DNA of 64,000 bases from Candidatus Campbellbacteria bacterium (GTDB lineage: Bacteria; Patescibacteriota; Minisyncoccia; Phycocordibacterales; EsbW-18): the NCBI GenBank assembly GCA_016699465.1, contig CP064977.1, positions 745,116 to 809,115 of the forward strand, given 5' to 3'. Numbering within the stretch: the stretch's first letter is position 1; the number at the start of each line of letters is the position of its first letter. Below are positions 18,753 to 27,256 of the stretch, one piece after another. The notes under the pieces were generated by a model. That model was not told the origin of the DNA. It saw only the letters and a program-made list of their open reading frames with translations, and ran no database searches. A program made the position numbers and the translations under genes.

Positions 18753-19905
18753 TGAACATATTTTAAAATTTCCAAAATCTTTGCCAAACGATGAACAGCA
18801 GTTCATGACCTATTATCCGTATAAGTTCCCAAAGGTTATAGAATATTATGAACAAAAATCTAAAGAGCTTTGTGATAAGCCCGAAGAATACGCTCAATTT
18901 GTTCAAAAAGAATTTTTAGAACTAAGAGACGCCGTAAACAAAGTAAACGAGTTATTCCAAAATGGTGACAAAACAGACCTGAAATTTTTGATTGAGATAG
19001 ATCAAAAGTTTAATAAAATATTTTGTTTTAAATTTTGGATTATAAATTATGTATTTGCGGATGGCCCGATTCATGAGTTTTATGTTGATCAGCTTAGGGC
19101 ATTTGCTCGTAAGATTGTCGATGTAACCGATGATATAGAAGAATACGAACAGAAGATAATACGGTTTCAAAGGGATTTGCTTCAAACAGATTATGCTGAT
19201 ATTTATCTAGCACAAGCATTACACGGAGTACAACTAATTAAATACCTTGATGGGGACGCACAATCCAAAGAAATACTAGATAAGGTTATTCCACTCATAG
19301 ATAAACACGACGAACATGACGCGGAGCAAATTCGCGAAATGTGGAAGCCTGTTGTAGAAAGAATACTAGATGATTCAGACGAGTATTTTAAACCTCTAAA
19401 ACAGGTCAATCTCGATTCCTGGGATATTCTGGGCCAGCCACCTCTTCTGGTTCCGGTAAACCAGGTACGTATGCGTAAGAATGAATTTCCCTTGTATAGC
19501 TTTTTGAATCATGTGGTGGAATTTCGAAACCAAAACGAAGTTTTGGAAGAGCGGTTCAAAAATATGAAGGCTACCATAGAAGAGATATTTGTAGAAGCCA
19601 AGAGTCGCTTGAGCGAAGAAGGATATTCTGATTTCAAGCTTTCCTACGAGATGGCAAAAAATTTCTCTAAATCAAAGGATTTGATGGGGAACGTTGATCC
19701 AATATTGATACCGGTTTGGGAAAGGGATGTTCATGCTAGAATTTATGAAATTTTGTCTAAAGAACACACCGTTCGCTACCCCTCAGTTAATCATGCTTCA
19801 GTTTTCGGTAGTTTTATTTGGTATCTACCAGACGATCTAAAATCTAAAGTTATGTCGGTTGATGATACTTTTTTTGATGCAGATGAATTATCTACTCATA
19901 AATAA
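18721..19905 (+). CDS. Hypothetical protein (394 aa)
   Basis: Long ORF overlapping the upstream stop. The start could be ATG 18721 or 18742. No recognisable motif. Confidence 0.5.
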   Translation: MVMRAIFMKIDEHILKFPKSLPNDEQQFMTYYPYKFPKVIEYYEQKSKELCDKPEEYAQFVQKEFLELRDAVNKVNELFQNGDKTDLKFLIEIDQKFNKIFCFKFWIINYVFADGPIHEFYVDQLRAFARKIVDVTDDIEEYEQKIIRFQRDLLQTDYADIYLAQALHGVQLIKYLDGDAQSKEILDKVIPLIDKHDEHDAEQIREMWKPVVERILDDSDEYFKPLKQVNLDSWDILGQPPLLVPVNQVRMRKNEFPLYSFLNHVVEFRNQNEVLEERFKNMKATIEEIFVEAKSRLSEEGYSDFKLSYEMAKNFSKSKDLMGNVDPILIPVWERDVHARIYEILSKEHTVRYPSVNHASVFGSFIWYLPDDLKSKVMSVDDTFFDADELSTHK

Positions 19906-19910
19906 AAAAT

Positions 19911-20750
19911 ATGAGTGAAAAATTACCCCCAATGTCAGACGGGCGAATGGAGATACATATCCAACGTCATGATGTTCATAAAATTGGTCATTTAACCCCT
20001 GAGGGTCGAGAACATGCGAGAACTATCGCCAGAGAAAAGGTTGGAAAATATTTAGATAAGGAAAAAGATACAAATTTTTTAGTCATTGCTTCAAACCAAG
20101 TGTTTGATGATAGAGAACCCGATTTTGGGGGGCAACGAGCCGTCGAGACGGCCGATGAAATAGTTTCTGCTATACGCGATGAATTGAAGGCGAGAGGCTT
20201 GCCTGATGACCATCTATTCGGAGGGGATACGCTTCCTATTGCCATGAGTCCTGATTTGCAAGAAGCAGGGATTTTTTCGGGTGATTTTATGAAATACCTT
20301 AAGGAAAAATATGACCCAGAAAATTTAAAGGGCTTACAGTATATTTGGAATATATATTATCAAGACGTTGAATCGGAGATAAGAAAAAAAATGAGTGCAG
20401 AGGGGCCAAGGGATCTCGCAAGAAGGATGGACTATGTTTTTAAAGTTGCGGAAATGGTTGGTGCTTCATTCCATAAAACTGATGACAGGAAGAGTCAGCC
20501 TTTAGTTGTTTGGATGGTTGGACACGGTGGGGGGCTCGATGCTTTCTTGCATCATTATGCCGGTGTTCCCGTCGACGATGTTGGCTTTTCACCGAGTGAT
20601 GGTTTTACGATAAGGGTGAATTCAGACGGCGTTGTCGTGGCTGATGTAAAAGGTAAAGAATATCCACTCCATCAAGATGATGAATTAAGTCTCCCTAAAC
20701 ACCCAGTGATAGCTGATGAAACTATACGAGTATCTAAGTGGAATGCTTAA
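19911..20750 (+). CDS. Histidine phosphatase superfamily (PGAM-like) protein
   Basis: N-terminal RHD..H...LTPEGREHA resembles the RHG...LT..G..QA catalytic core. C-terminal VVWMVGHGGGL matches the second catalytic His motif. Confidence 0.5.
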   Translation: MSEKLPPMSDGRMEIHIQRHDVHKIGHLTPEGREHARTIAREKVGKYLDKEKDTNFLVIASNQVFDDREPDFGGQRAVETADEIVSAIRDELKARGLPDDHLFGGDTLPIAMSPDLQEAGIFSGDFMKYLKEKYDPENLKGLQYIWNIYYQDVESEIRKKMSAEGPRDLARRMDYVFKVAEMVGASFHKTDDRKSQPLVVWMVGHGGGLDAFLHHYAGVPVDDVGFSPSDGFTIRVNSDGVVVADVKGKEYPLHQDDELSLPKHPVIADETIRVSKWNA

Positions 20751-20799
20751 TGCTGCCAAAATAAAAATTGGATATTGGAAAGGGTAAAATATAAGTTTT

Positions 20800-21747
20800 G
20801 TGTCTTTTACTTTAAATTTTGAGGAACTTAATAAAAACGACAGTGCGATTGCCGGAGGTAAGGGAGCATCTCTTGGTGAGATGACGCTGGTGGGTATTCC
20901 GGTTCCACCAGGGTTTGTTGTACTTTCCACTACATTTGATGAATTTACAAAGGAGGCAGATTTGATACAAGAAATTGATGCCGCCATTGATGGTGTCGAC
21001 CACGAGGAGATGCATATTGTGGAAAATGCCTCAGAAAAGATACAGGCACTTATCAAAAATGCAACAATACCAGAAAGAATAGCAGATGAAATAAAGAATC
21101 AATTTAAAAAATTAGACACTGAATATGTGGCAGTGCGTTCATCGGCCACGGCAGAAGACGGAACAGACAATGCTTGGGCAGGACAACTAGACTCATATCT
21201 CAACACCAAAGAAGAAAATCTTTTGGAAAAAGTTCAGGAATGTTGGGCGTCTCTTTTTACTCCACGAGCCATATTCTATAGATTTGAAAAGGGTTTGCAC
21301 ACAACTAAAATCTCAGTAGCGGTAGTAATTCAGAAAATGGTTAATTCTGAAATCTCAGGCATCGCCTTCTCTGTGCATCCAGTAACAGAAGATAGAAATC
21401 AAATGATTATTGAAGCAGGATTCGGCTTAGGTGAGGCAATAGTATCAGGTTCAATTACGCCTGATTCATATGTGGTAGAGAAAGAACCAAGAAGTATTAT
21501 AGATATTAATGTTTCCACTCAACTGAGTGGTTTGTACCGTGTTGTGGCTGGAGGTAGTGAATGGATTGATATACCAGAACCCAAGGCATCATCTCAAGTA
21601 CTAAACGAGGCTCAGATTCTAGAATTGTCTGATCTCATCATGAGAATTGAGAATCATTATGGTTTTCCATGTGATATTGAGTGGGCTTATGAAAATGGAA
21701 AATTTTATATCGTACAAAGTAGGCCAATTACTACTTTGAAAAAATAA
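20800..21747 (+). CDS. Stand-alone PEP synthase / pyruvate phosphate dikinase N-terminal ATP-grasp (PPDK_N) domain protein
   Basis: GGKGASLGEM...VAVRSSATAEDGTDNAWAGQLDSYLN...ISVAVVIQKMVNSEISGIAFSVHP...IEAGFGLGEAIVSG is the classic PPDK_N/rifampin-phosphotransferase ATP-binding domain. GTG start at 20800; no in-frame ATG nearby. Confidence 0.75.
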   Translation: MSFTLNFEELNKNDSAIAGGKGASLGEMTLVGIPVPPGFVVLSTTFDEFTKEADLIQEIDAAIDGVDHEEMHIVENASEKIQALIKNATIPERIADEIKNQFKKLDTEYVAVRSSATAEDGTDNAWAGQLDSYLNTKEENLLEKVQECWASLFTPRAIFYRFEKGLHTTKISVAVVIQKMVNSEISGIAFSVHPVTEDRNQMIIEAGFGLGEAIVSGSITPDSYVVEKEPRSIIDINVSTQLSGLYRVVAGGSEWIDIPEPKASSQVLNEAQILELSDLIMRIENHYGFPCDIEWAYENGKFYIVQSRPITTLKK

Positions 21748-21803
21748 TACCACCTAATAATTATCAGTTTTACTATTTCTCAATTTTTAGGTATTGTTAG
21801 GGG

Positions 21804-22898
21804 ATGGGATTAAGTCTTGGCATTGTTGGGCTTCCAAACGTTGGTAAATCAACGCTTTTTAATGCACTCACGCGCCAAAGTGTTGATGCAGCGAACTACC
21901 CATTTTGTACCATTGATCCATCTGTTGGAGTGGTACGTGTGCCAGATGAACGCTTGGGTATTCTTTCAACATTTTCACACTCAAAAAAGACAATTCCAGC
22001 TGCTGTAGAGTTTGTGGATATTGCTGGGCTTGTAAAAGGTGCGTCTGAAGGGCAGGGCCTTGGAAACCAATTTCTTTCACACATTCGGGAAGTGGACGCC
22101 ATTGTGCAAGTGGTTCGTATTTTTGAAAATAATGATGTGATTCATGTGTCGGGGAGTATTGACCCTGTACGTGATATCGGGGTCATTAATTTGGAGCTTA
22201 TTTTGGCTGATATGCAGGTAGTGACAAAGCGTCTGGGGAGTGTTGAAAAAGAGGTTCGTAGTGGTTCTCGTGATGCTCAGACTGAAAAGGACGGACTCGA
22301 AAAGGTAAAGGTGGTTCTTGAATCTGAAGCCTTTGCTCGAACTGCCATTCTAACTGAAGAAGAATTTGAAAAAGTAAAACTCCTCAATTTGTTGACGATG
22401 AAGAAAATGCTCTACGCGCTCAATACACAATCAGGTGGAACAAACCTAGACGAACTCAAGGACGCACGGTGGGACGCATTGCTCGCATTTTTTGAAAAAG
22501 AAAAAGCTGTGTGGGTTGTGGTGGATGCAAATACTGAATCTGATTTGAAAGACATGGAGCATGATGAACGTGTTGCGATGCGTGCAGAGCTCTCGGTACG
22601 CGGGGGGATTGATGATCTTATTGTTTCCGGATTCACACTTCTTGATTTGATGACATTCTTAACGACAGGAGAAGATGAAACGCGTGCGTGGACAATAAAG
22701 CGTGGAAGTACGGCACCCCAAGCAGGTGCAGCAATTCACACGGACTTTTTACAGAAATTTATTCGGGCTGAAGTTGTGTTCTGGAAAGATTTAATTGACT
22801 CAGGTTCGTACGCTGCGGCTCGTGAAAAAGGGTTAGTGCGTACGGAAGGGAAGGAATACATTGTAAAAGACGGAGACGTTATTGAATTTAAGATATAG
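21804..22898 (+). CDS. ychF: Ribosome-binding ATPase YchF (Obg-like GTPase family)
   Basis: [23 protein letters not shown]...[14 protein letters not shown]-domain motifs plus a C-terminal TGS domain. 364 aa. Confidence 0.9.
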   Translation: MGLSLGIVGLPNVGKSTLFNALTRQSVDAANYPFCTIDPSVGVVRVPDERLGILSTFSHSKKTIPAAVEFVDIAGLVKGASEGQGLGNQFLSHIREVDAIVQVVRIFENNDVIHVSGSIDPVRDIGVINLELILADMQVVTKRLGSVEKEVRSGSRDAQTEKDGLEKVKVVLESEAFARTAILTEEEFEKVKLLNLLTMKKMLYALNTQSGGTNLDELKDARWDALLAFFEKEKAVWVVVDANTESDLKDMEHDERVAMRAELSVRGGIDDLIVSGFTLLDLMTFLTTGEDETRAWTIKRGSTAPQAGAAIHTDFLQKFIRAEVVFWKDLIDSGSYAAAREKGLVRTEGKEYIVKDGDVIEFKI

Positions 22899-22973
22899 CA
22901 CTACCATCTTCTAGAGAAAACCGCTCAAAACATATGGTTTAGGAGCGATAAAAAATAAATACTTACAAGTAAG

Positions 22974-22998
22974 AACCCCATTAAAAGTGGGGTTTTTT
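22974..22998 (+). terminator. Rho-independent terminator after ychF
   Basis: AACCCCA-TTAAAAG-TGGGGTT hairpin followed by TTTTTT. Confidence 0.65.
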
Positions 22999-23053
22999 GC
23001 TGCCACAAACTCGTCTAAAAAGGTCGAAATTTTATCAGCCAAATATTGCGACT

Positions 23054-23419
23054 ATGAAACCTACTCAAACATTCATAGAGGCATCGCTTAAGGATACTTT
23101 TCACTCTAGCTTCCACGGATATCTCCATATCTCCTATCAGGAGCTTGTGGATAAGTTGGGGATACCACATGACCGCACTCAGGATGGCGAATGGAAGTGT
23201 CTAGATGAAAAAGTGCGTGCCGAATGGGCTTTCACATCGACTAACTCGAAACGCCCGTGCGTGCTGACCATCTACGATTACAAAGAATATCGTCGACCGA
23301 TCCACGAAGTGAATCAGTGGCATGTTGGTCTCAAAGGAGATGCCCATCTTGTAGATATCTTGTTCAAAGAAAAAGGACTCTATCCAGATGCGTTTGAGAT
23401 TCAGAAGAAATATAGGTAA
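23054..23419 (+). CDS. Hypothetical phage protein (paralog A)
   Basis: The tabulated ORF starts with TTG inside the ychF terminator T-tract. The in-frame ATG at 23054 gives MKPTQTF..., matching the start of paralog B. Shared core G.W...D.KVRAEWAF.......P.VLTIYDYK. Confidence 0.5.
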   Translation: MKPTQTFIEASLKDTFHSSFHGYLHISYQELVDKLGIPHDRTQDGEWKCLDEKVRAEWAFTSTNSKRPCVLTIYDYKEYRRPIHEVNQWHVGLKGDAHLVDILFKEKGLYPDAFEIQKKYR

Positions 23420-23458
23420 TCAAACAGGTCGAGATTTTATTAACCAGTCAAATTGATT

Positions 23459-23875
23459 ATGAAGACACAAACTGAGTTCGTGAAAGCCAAGCCGAAAGAT
23501 CTAAACGGATCCGGTGGGAGGGGAACCATGACTGCCTCATATGACACTCTGGTCCAAGCATTCGGAGAACCACATAATCGCGCCAAAGAAGGTCCCTGGC
23601 ATTCCCGTGACGGAAAAGTCAGGGCTGAATGGGCATTCAAGGCTGTCGGTACCGAAAAGCCTCTGGTCCTGACCATATACGACTACAAAAGCAAAAAGAC
23701 GGTGGAAGAAGTAACGGATTGGAGCATTGGACTTAATGGGGACATTCAAATAGCAGCATCCTTCCTTGCCGCTCGGCTCGGACAGTACTGCTTCAAGACT
23801 CACAGGATAGTCCTTGTTGAGAAGCGACTAAGCTCCGGCAGCACGATCTTGATGAGTGCCGAAAGATCAATCTAA
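23459..23875 (+). CDS. Hypothetical phage protein (paralog B)
   Basis: ATG at 23459 (MKTQTEF...). ~40% identical to paralog A across the core. Confidence 0.5.
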   Translation: MKTQTEFVKAKPKDLNGSGGRGTMTASYDTLVQAFGEPHNRAKEGPWHSRDGKVRAEWAFKAVGTEKPLVLTIYDYKSKKTVEEVTDWSIGLNGDIQIAASFLAARLGQYCFKTHRIVLVEKRLSSGSTILMSAERSI

Positions 23876-23878
23876 TCA

Positions 23879-24229
23879 TTGTCCCCAAAGGGATCGGTCC
23901 GTGTACAGGACCTGATGCTAGCAATGAAAAACAAACTCAAAAGCACTCGAGCGGTTACCTACAGACGATATGGCATACCAGCCTTAATCCTTGAAGGTAA
24001 ATGGCTCACAAAAAAATATCGATTGTCCATAGGCGACATTATCGATATCGATTATCAACCTAATGAGATTCGATTGCGGAAGAATACTTCCCTAAGTCTA
24101 AAAAACCAAAAAAGACGAAAAGAGAAAAGGGAAATTCAGCAGCAAAGAATCCAAGAATCACTACATGACACCATCACAGGAAAAAATGAAAACGCTCTCG
24201 AGAGAGGCGGTGAAGTTGGTGAAGGATAG
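23879..24229 (+). CDS. SymE/AbrB-fold (swapped-hairpin) DNA/RNA-binding protein with a basic C-terminal tail
   Basis: IPALILEGKWLTKKYRLSIGDIIDIDYQPNEIRL resembles the SymE / SpoVT-AbrB looped-hinge segment (PAITLKGQWLEAAGF.TGT.VDVKV..G.IVL). Confidence 0.45.
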   Translation: MSPKGSVRVQDLMLAMKNKLKSTRAVTYRRYGIPALILEGKWLTKKYRLSIGDIIDIDYQPNEIRLRKNTSLSLKNQKRRKEKREIQQQRIQESLHDTITGKNENALERGGEVGEG

Positions 24230-24461
24230 AGCACCGGCAATAGTTGAAGAAAGAATTCTTGCGCAAGCATTCGATGAGGTGGCCGAGTATACCGGCGAAC
24301 TCATGGGAAAACTGACCAATCTTGATGCAGAAAATGAAAAAGGCATCACGATGGCGCACGGAATCATCTATGACGGTTTGCTCACAGAAATGATGAGTCA
24401 GATCAATAAAACGATGCTGACTGAAGCAGACAAAAGAATTACTAAATTATTCAAAAAATAA
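24165..24461 (+). CDS. Small hypothetical protein (overlaps the 3' end of the previous CDS)
   Basis: 98-aa helical ORF. 65-nt overlap with the upstream gene. Uncertain. Confidence 0.3.
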   Translation: MTPSQEKMKTLSREAVKLVKDRAPAIVEERILAQAFDEVAEYTGELMGKLTNLDAENEKGITMAHGIIYDGLLTEMMSQINKTMLTEADKRITKLFKK

Positions 24462-24534
24462 AAGACCCCCCGAAGGGAGCCTCTTACCGTAGATACATCG
24501 TATCAAGACCCCTTCGTCGAGTCAAGCAAAAATT

Positions 24535-25716
24535 ATGCAAACACAAGAACGAAGCGTGTCCCCGACCGTTGAAGAATCATTCTTCACAAAGATCGGGAAT
24601 ACGAAACCTTACTTCAAGGCGGCATTTGAAGGAGAGCCGGGAACCGGCAAAAGTTGGACTGCCGCATTAGTAGCGATTGGTCTTCACAAGAAGATCAACA
24701 GCAAGAAGCCGATTGTGCTTATCGATACCGAGAAAGCGTCGAAATTCTTGGTCCCGCTGTTCAAAGAACACGGAATCGAAGCGATGGTGCGCGAAACGCA
24801 TTCACTCGCTGACTTAGTCAAAGCAATGAAGCTCTGCTCGGATGGGTATGCCGACATCATGGTGATCGACAGCATTACTCACATCTGGATGGACTTCCAA
24901 GAGGCATACAAGCGAAAGCTGAATCGACAAGTGTTCCAGATTCAAGACTGGATGTCGATCAAAAGCGAGTGGAATAAATACTTCTCAATCCCACTCGTGC
25001 AATCGCCCCTGCACATTCTTGCAACCGGCCGCGTGTCGGATCGCATGGAGCAGGAAGTGGATGAGGATGGCCGAAAAGAGTTCACCAAGACTGGAGTGAA
25101 GATGCAAGCGGAAAAGAACGCTGCATACGAATTCGATGTCTTGGTCCTAATGGAACGCCATGAGCTCATCCAACGCAAGAAGCGTGAAGTCTGGCGACAG
25201 TCTGTGGTCCTCAAAGGCCGAGGCAATCTCCTCGATGGTGCGGTGTTCAAAAATCCGACCTACGAAGATTTTGCTCCTGCGGTTGAAGCGATCATTAAAG
25301 ACCCGATAGCTGCGAGGTTCAGCCACGCCGAGCAGGATGCGGGAGAACTGATCAAAACCGAACAGGACAAGCGCCAGTGGATTCAGGAGAAGAAGCGATG
25401 GTTGGAAGAAATCGAGGGTTATCTCGTATCGATCTGGCCAAGTTCAAGTGCCGCGGAAAAGAAGAATAAAACCGATGCACTCGAGTACGCTTTCAACACT
25501 CGCAGCTGGTCCGCTATCGAGATGATGACGCCGGAGGTTCTAGAGGATGGCTATGCGCGAGTCAGGGAATTTGCCCAGCAAAAAATTGCTGAAGCAAAAG
25601 GAGAACTTGCTCCGGAGCTAACTCCAGGAGAGAAGTTTGACAAAGACCTGCGAGATTCAAAGGAATGCAATCCCAAAAAATCCGCAGCCGAGAAGTCTAA
25701 GAAAAGTGACAAGTAA
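24535..25716 (+). CDS. Phage AAA_24-family (Sak4-like) RecA-fold ATPase
   Basis: Walker A GEPGTGKSW. LIDTEKA... Walker B MVIDSI. 393 aa. Position in the replication/recombination module. Confidence 0.6.
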   Translation: MQTQERSVSPTVEESFFTKIGNTKPYFKAAFEGEPGTGKSWTAALVAIGLHKKINSKKPIVLIDTEKASKFLVPLFKEHGIEAMVRETHSLADLVKAMKLCSDGYADIMVIDSITHIWMDFQEAYKRKLNRQVFQIQDWMSIKSEWNKYFSIPLVQSPLHILATGRVSDRMEQEVDEDGRKEFTKTGVKMQAEKNAAYEFDVLVLMERHELIQRKKREVWRQSVVLKGRGNLLDGAVFKNPTYEDFAPAVEAIIKDPIAARFSHAEQDAGELIKTEQDKRQWIQEKKRWLEEIEGYLVSIWPSSSAAEKKNKTDALEYAFNTRSWSAIEMMTPEVLEDGYARVREFAQQKIAEAKGELAPELTPGEKFDKDLRDSKECNPKKSAAEKSKKSDK

Positions 25717-25730
25717 AAACAGTTAGCTTG

Positions 25731-25790
25731 GCCACTGACTCAGCCCTGATCAAGTGGCATGAGGGCTGAGATCGGGGGCTAAGCCCCGAT
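25731..25790 (+). other. Cluster of stable hairpins (no T-tract) between the Sak4-like and replication-initiator genes
   Basis: TCAGCCCT...AGGGCTGA (25740-25769, 8 bp) nested with GCCACT/AGTGGC. ATCGGGG-GCTAAG-CCCCGAT (25771-25790, 7 bp). Confidence 0.4.
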
Positions 25791-25869
25791 TGGCCGAGCA
25801 AGGGTCGAAAGCTAAAACAATTGGAGAGAGAACATCGATTCGTGTCGGTGTTTCTCTCTTCATCAAACA

Positions 25870-26418
25870 ATGGATGAAAACAAACACAACTTAATACCGA
25901 ACAGTTCGCAGATTCCAAATGTAATTTTGGATTTTGTTCTTCCCAGGATTTCGGAAGCTGAGGCCAGGTGCTTGCTCTACATTTGCCGACGAACTTTTGG
26001 ATTTCATAAAGAAGAAGACAATATCAGTTTCTCCCAGTTCGAAAACGGAATCAAGACTAGCCAAAACAGGCGGCTTGATTTTGGCACCGGCCTGTCTCGC
26101 CCTTCGGTCAATGCCGCTATTCAAAATCTCATTAGGGTTGGGGTGATATTCGTGGAACAGCGGTCCAAAGGGAACCGCTACAAACTCAACCTTGATATAG
26201 ATGTGGATAAAGTGGTTAACGAACTTAACCGGTTAAGAGAGTTAACCAAAAGTGGTAAAGCCTCTTTACCAAAACTGGTTAAAAGTTTTAACACACAAAA
26301 GATAGGGAAAAAAGAGAAATCTAGTTTTAGGGAAAATTTATATTTTCCTGGGGATAACTTCAAAGACAAGATGAGGGAAATCACAAGGAAGATGAATATT
26401 AATAGAACCAACAATTAA
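25870..26418 (+). CDS. Putative phage replication initiator / replisome organiser (wHTH)
   Basis: ARCLLYICRRTFGFHKEE..ISFSQFENGIKTSQN...GLSRPSVNAAIQNLIRVGVI is a wHTH typical of phage replisome-organiser N-domains. Confidence 0.45.
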   Translation: MDENKHNLIPNSSQIPNVILDFVLPRISEAEARCLLYICRRTFGFHKEEDNISFSQFENGIKTSQNRRLDFGTGLSRPSVNAAIQNLIRVGVIFVEQRSKGNRYKLNLDIDVDKVVNELNRLRELTKSGKASLPKLVKSFNTQKIGKKEKSSFRENLYFPGDNFKDKMREITRKMNINRTNN

Positions 26419-26421
26419 ACA

Positions 26422-26838
26422 ATGAAAAAAATCCAATTCACCATAAAGGGAAATCAGGAAGACTGTGAAGGCAACCCACTTCCGTACATCCGTGTCGTGG
26501 GACGGGCGCTATGGCTTCCGAACGCAAAGAAATACCATGCCTGGAAAGGTTACGTTCGAAAATCTTTCTATGCCGGATATCCGGAGTTCGTGATGTGCGA
26601 CGGTCAAAGGATCCTGCTTGATGAGCAGCCACTCACGACCAAACCTTCGGAAATCGCTCGCATGGATATAAAAGTTTTCTGGATGAACGGCGTTCACGGA
26701 GATCCAGACAACATATTCAAAGGAATCGCTGATGCTCTTTTCAAGAACGATAAATTTCTCGACGGCAGTTTTGAATCGCGCCATGCGCCAGATGGCAAAG
26801 GTCGAGTTGAAGTGACTATTACTGTCGGAAAGGAATAA
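26422..26838 (+). CDS. rusA: RusA-like Holliday-junction resolvase
   Basis: GDPDNIFKGIADALFKNDKFLDGSFE matches the RusA catalytic D.DN..K...DAL......DD motif. 138 aa. Confidence 0.65.
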   Translation: MKKIQFTIKGNQEDCEGNPLPYIRVVGRALWLPNAKKYHAWKGYVRKSFYAGYPEFVMCDGQRILLDEQPLTTKPSEIARMDIKVFWMNGVHGDPDNIFKGIADALFKNDKFLDGSFESRHAPDGKGRVEVTITVGKE

Positions 26839-26864
26839 ACATTTAATATTTTCAGAATTTAAAA

Positions 26865-27254
26865 ATGAATACACAAAAAATCAAAGAAAAGTTTATTGAG
26901 GAGCTTGAAGATCAGATCTGGAGAAAGGAGCTCAATATCGCTTTTGATCTCAGTAAGATACCGGAAATCGAAAAATTGCGAGATGACAAATTCAAAGAGC
27001 TTGATGGTCTCAACGCTGACTACAACCTTATCGATCCCGCTGATACGACCAAGCAGACCAGAGTAAAAAGAAAGGATCTGGAAAAGAAAATTGCCACCGC
27101 GGAAGACTTTACCCTTAAATGCGACGAAACGATTGTGACGGTCCGAGACAACACGAATAAAGAAAGAGAAAGGATTGATCAACTGATGGCAAGAATCAAG
27201 TTCGCCCGAGGCTTTATTCTTACGGTCCCAGAGGATGTTAATACAGCTCAATAG
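26865..27254 (+). CDS. Hypothetical coiled-coil phage protein
   Basis: 129-aa charged helical ORF. Confidence 0.45.
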   Translation: MNTQKIKEKFIEELEDQIWRKELNIAFDLSKIPEIEKLRDDKFKELDGLNADYNLIDPADTTKQTRVKRKDLEKKIATAEDFTLKCDETIVTVRDNTNKERERIDQLMARIKFARGFILTVPEDVNTAQ

Positions 27255-27256
27255 CC

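Noticed and set aside
22997-23053. TTG-initiated 5' extension of the first prophage ORF
   Set aside because: The TTG lies inside the T-tract of the ychF terminator. The paralogous downstream gene starts at the equivalent MK(P/T)QT, supporting ATG 23054.
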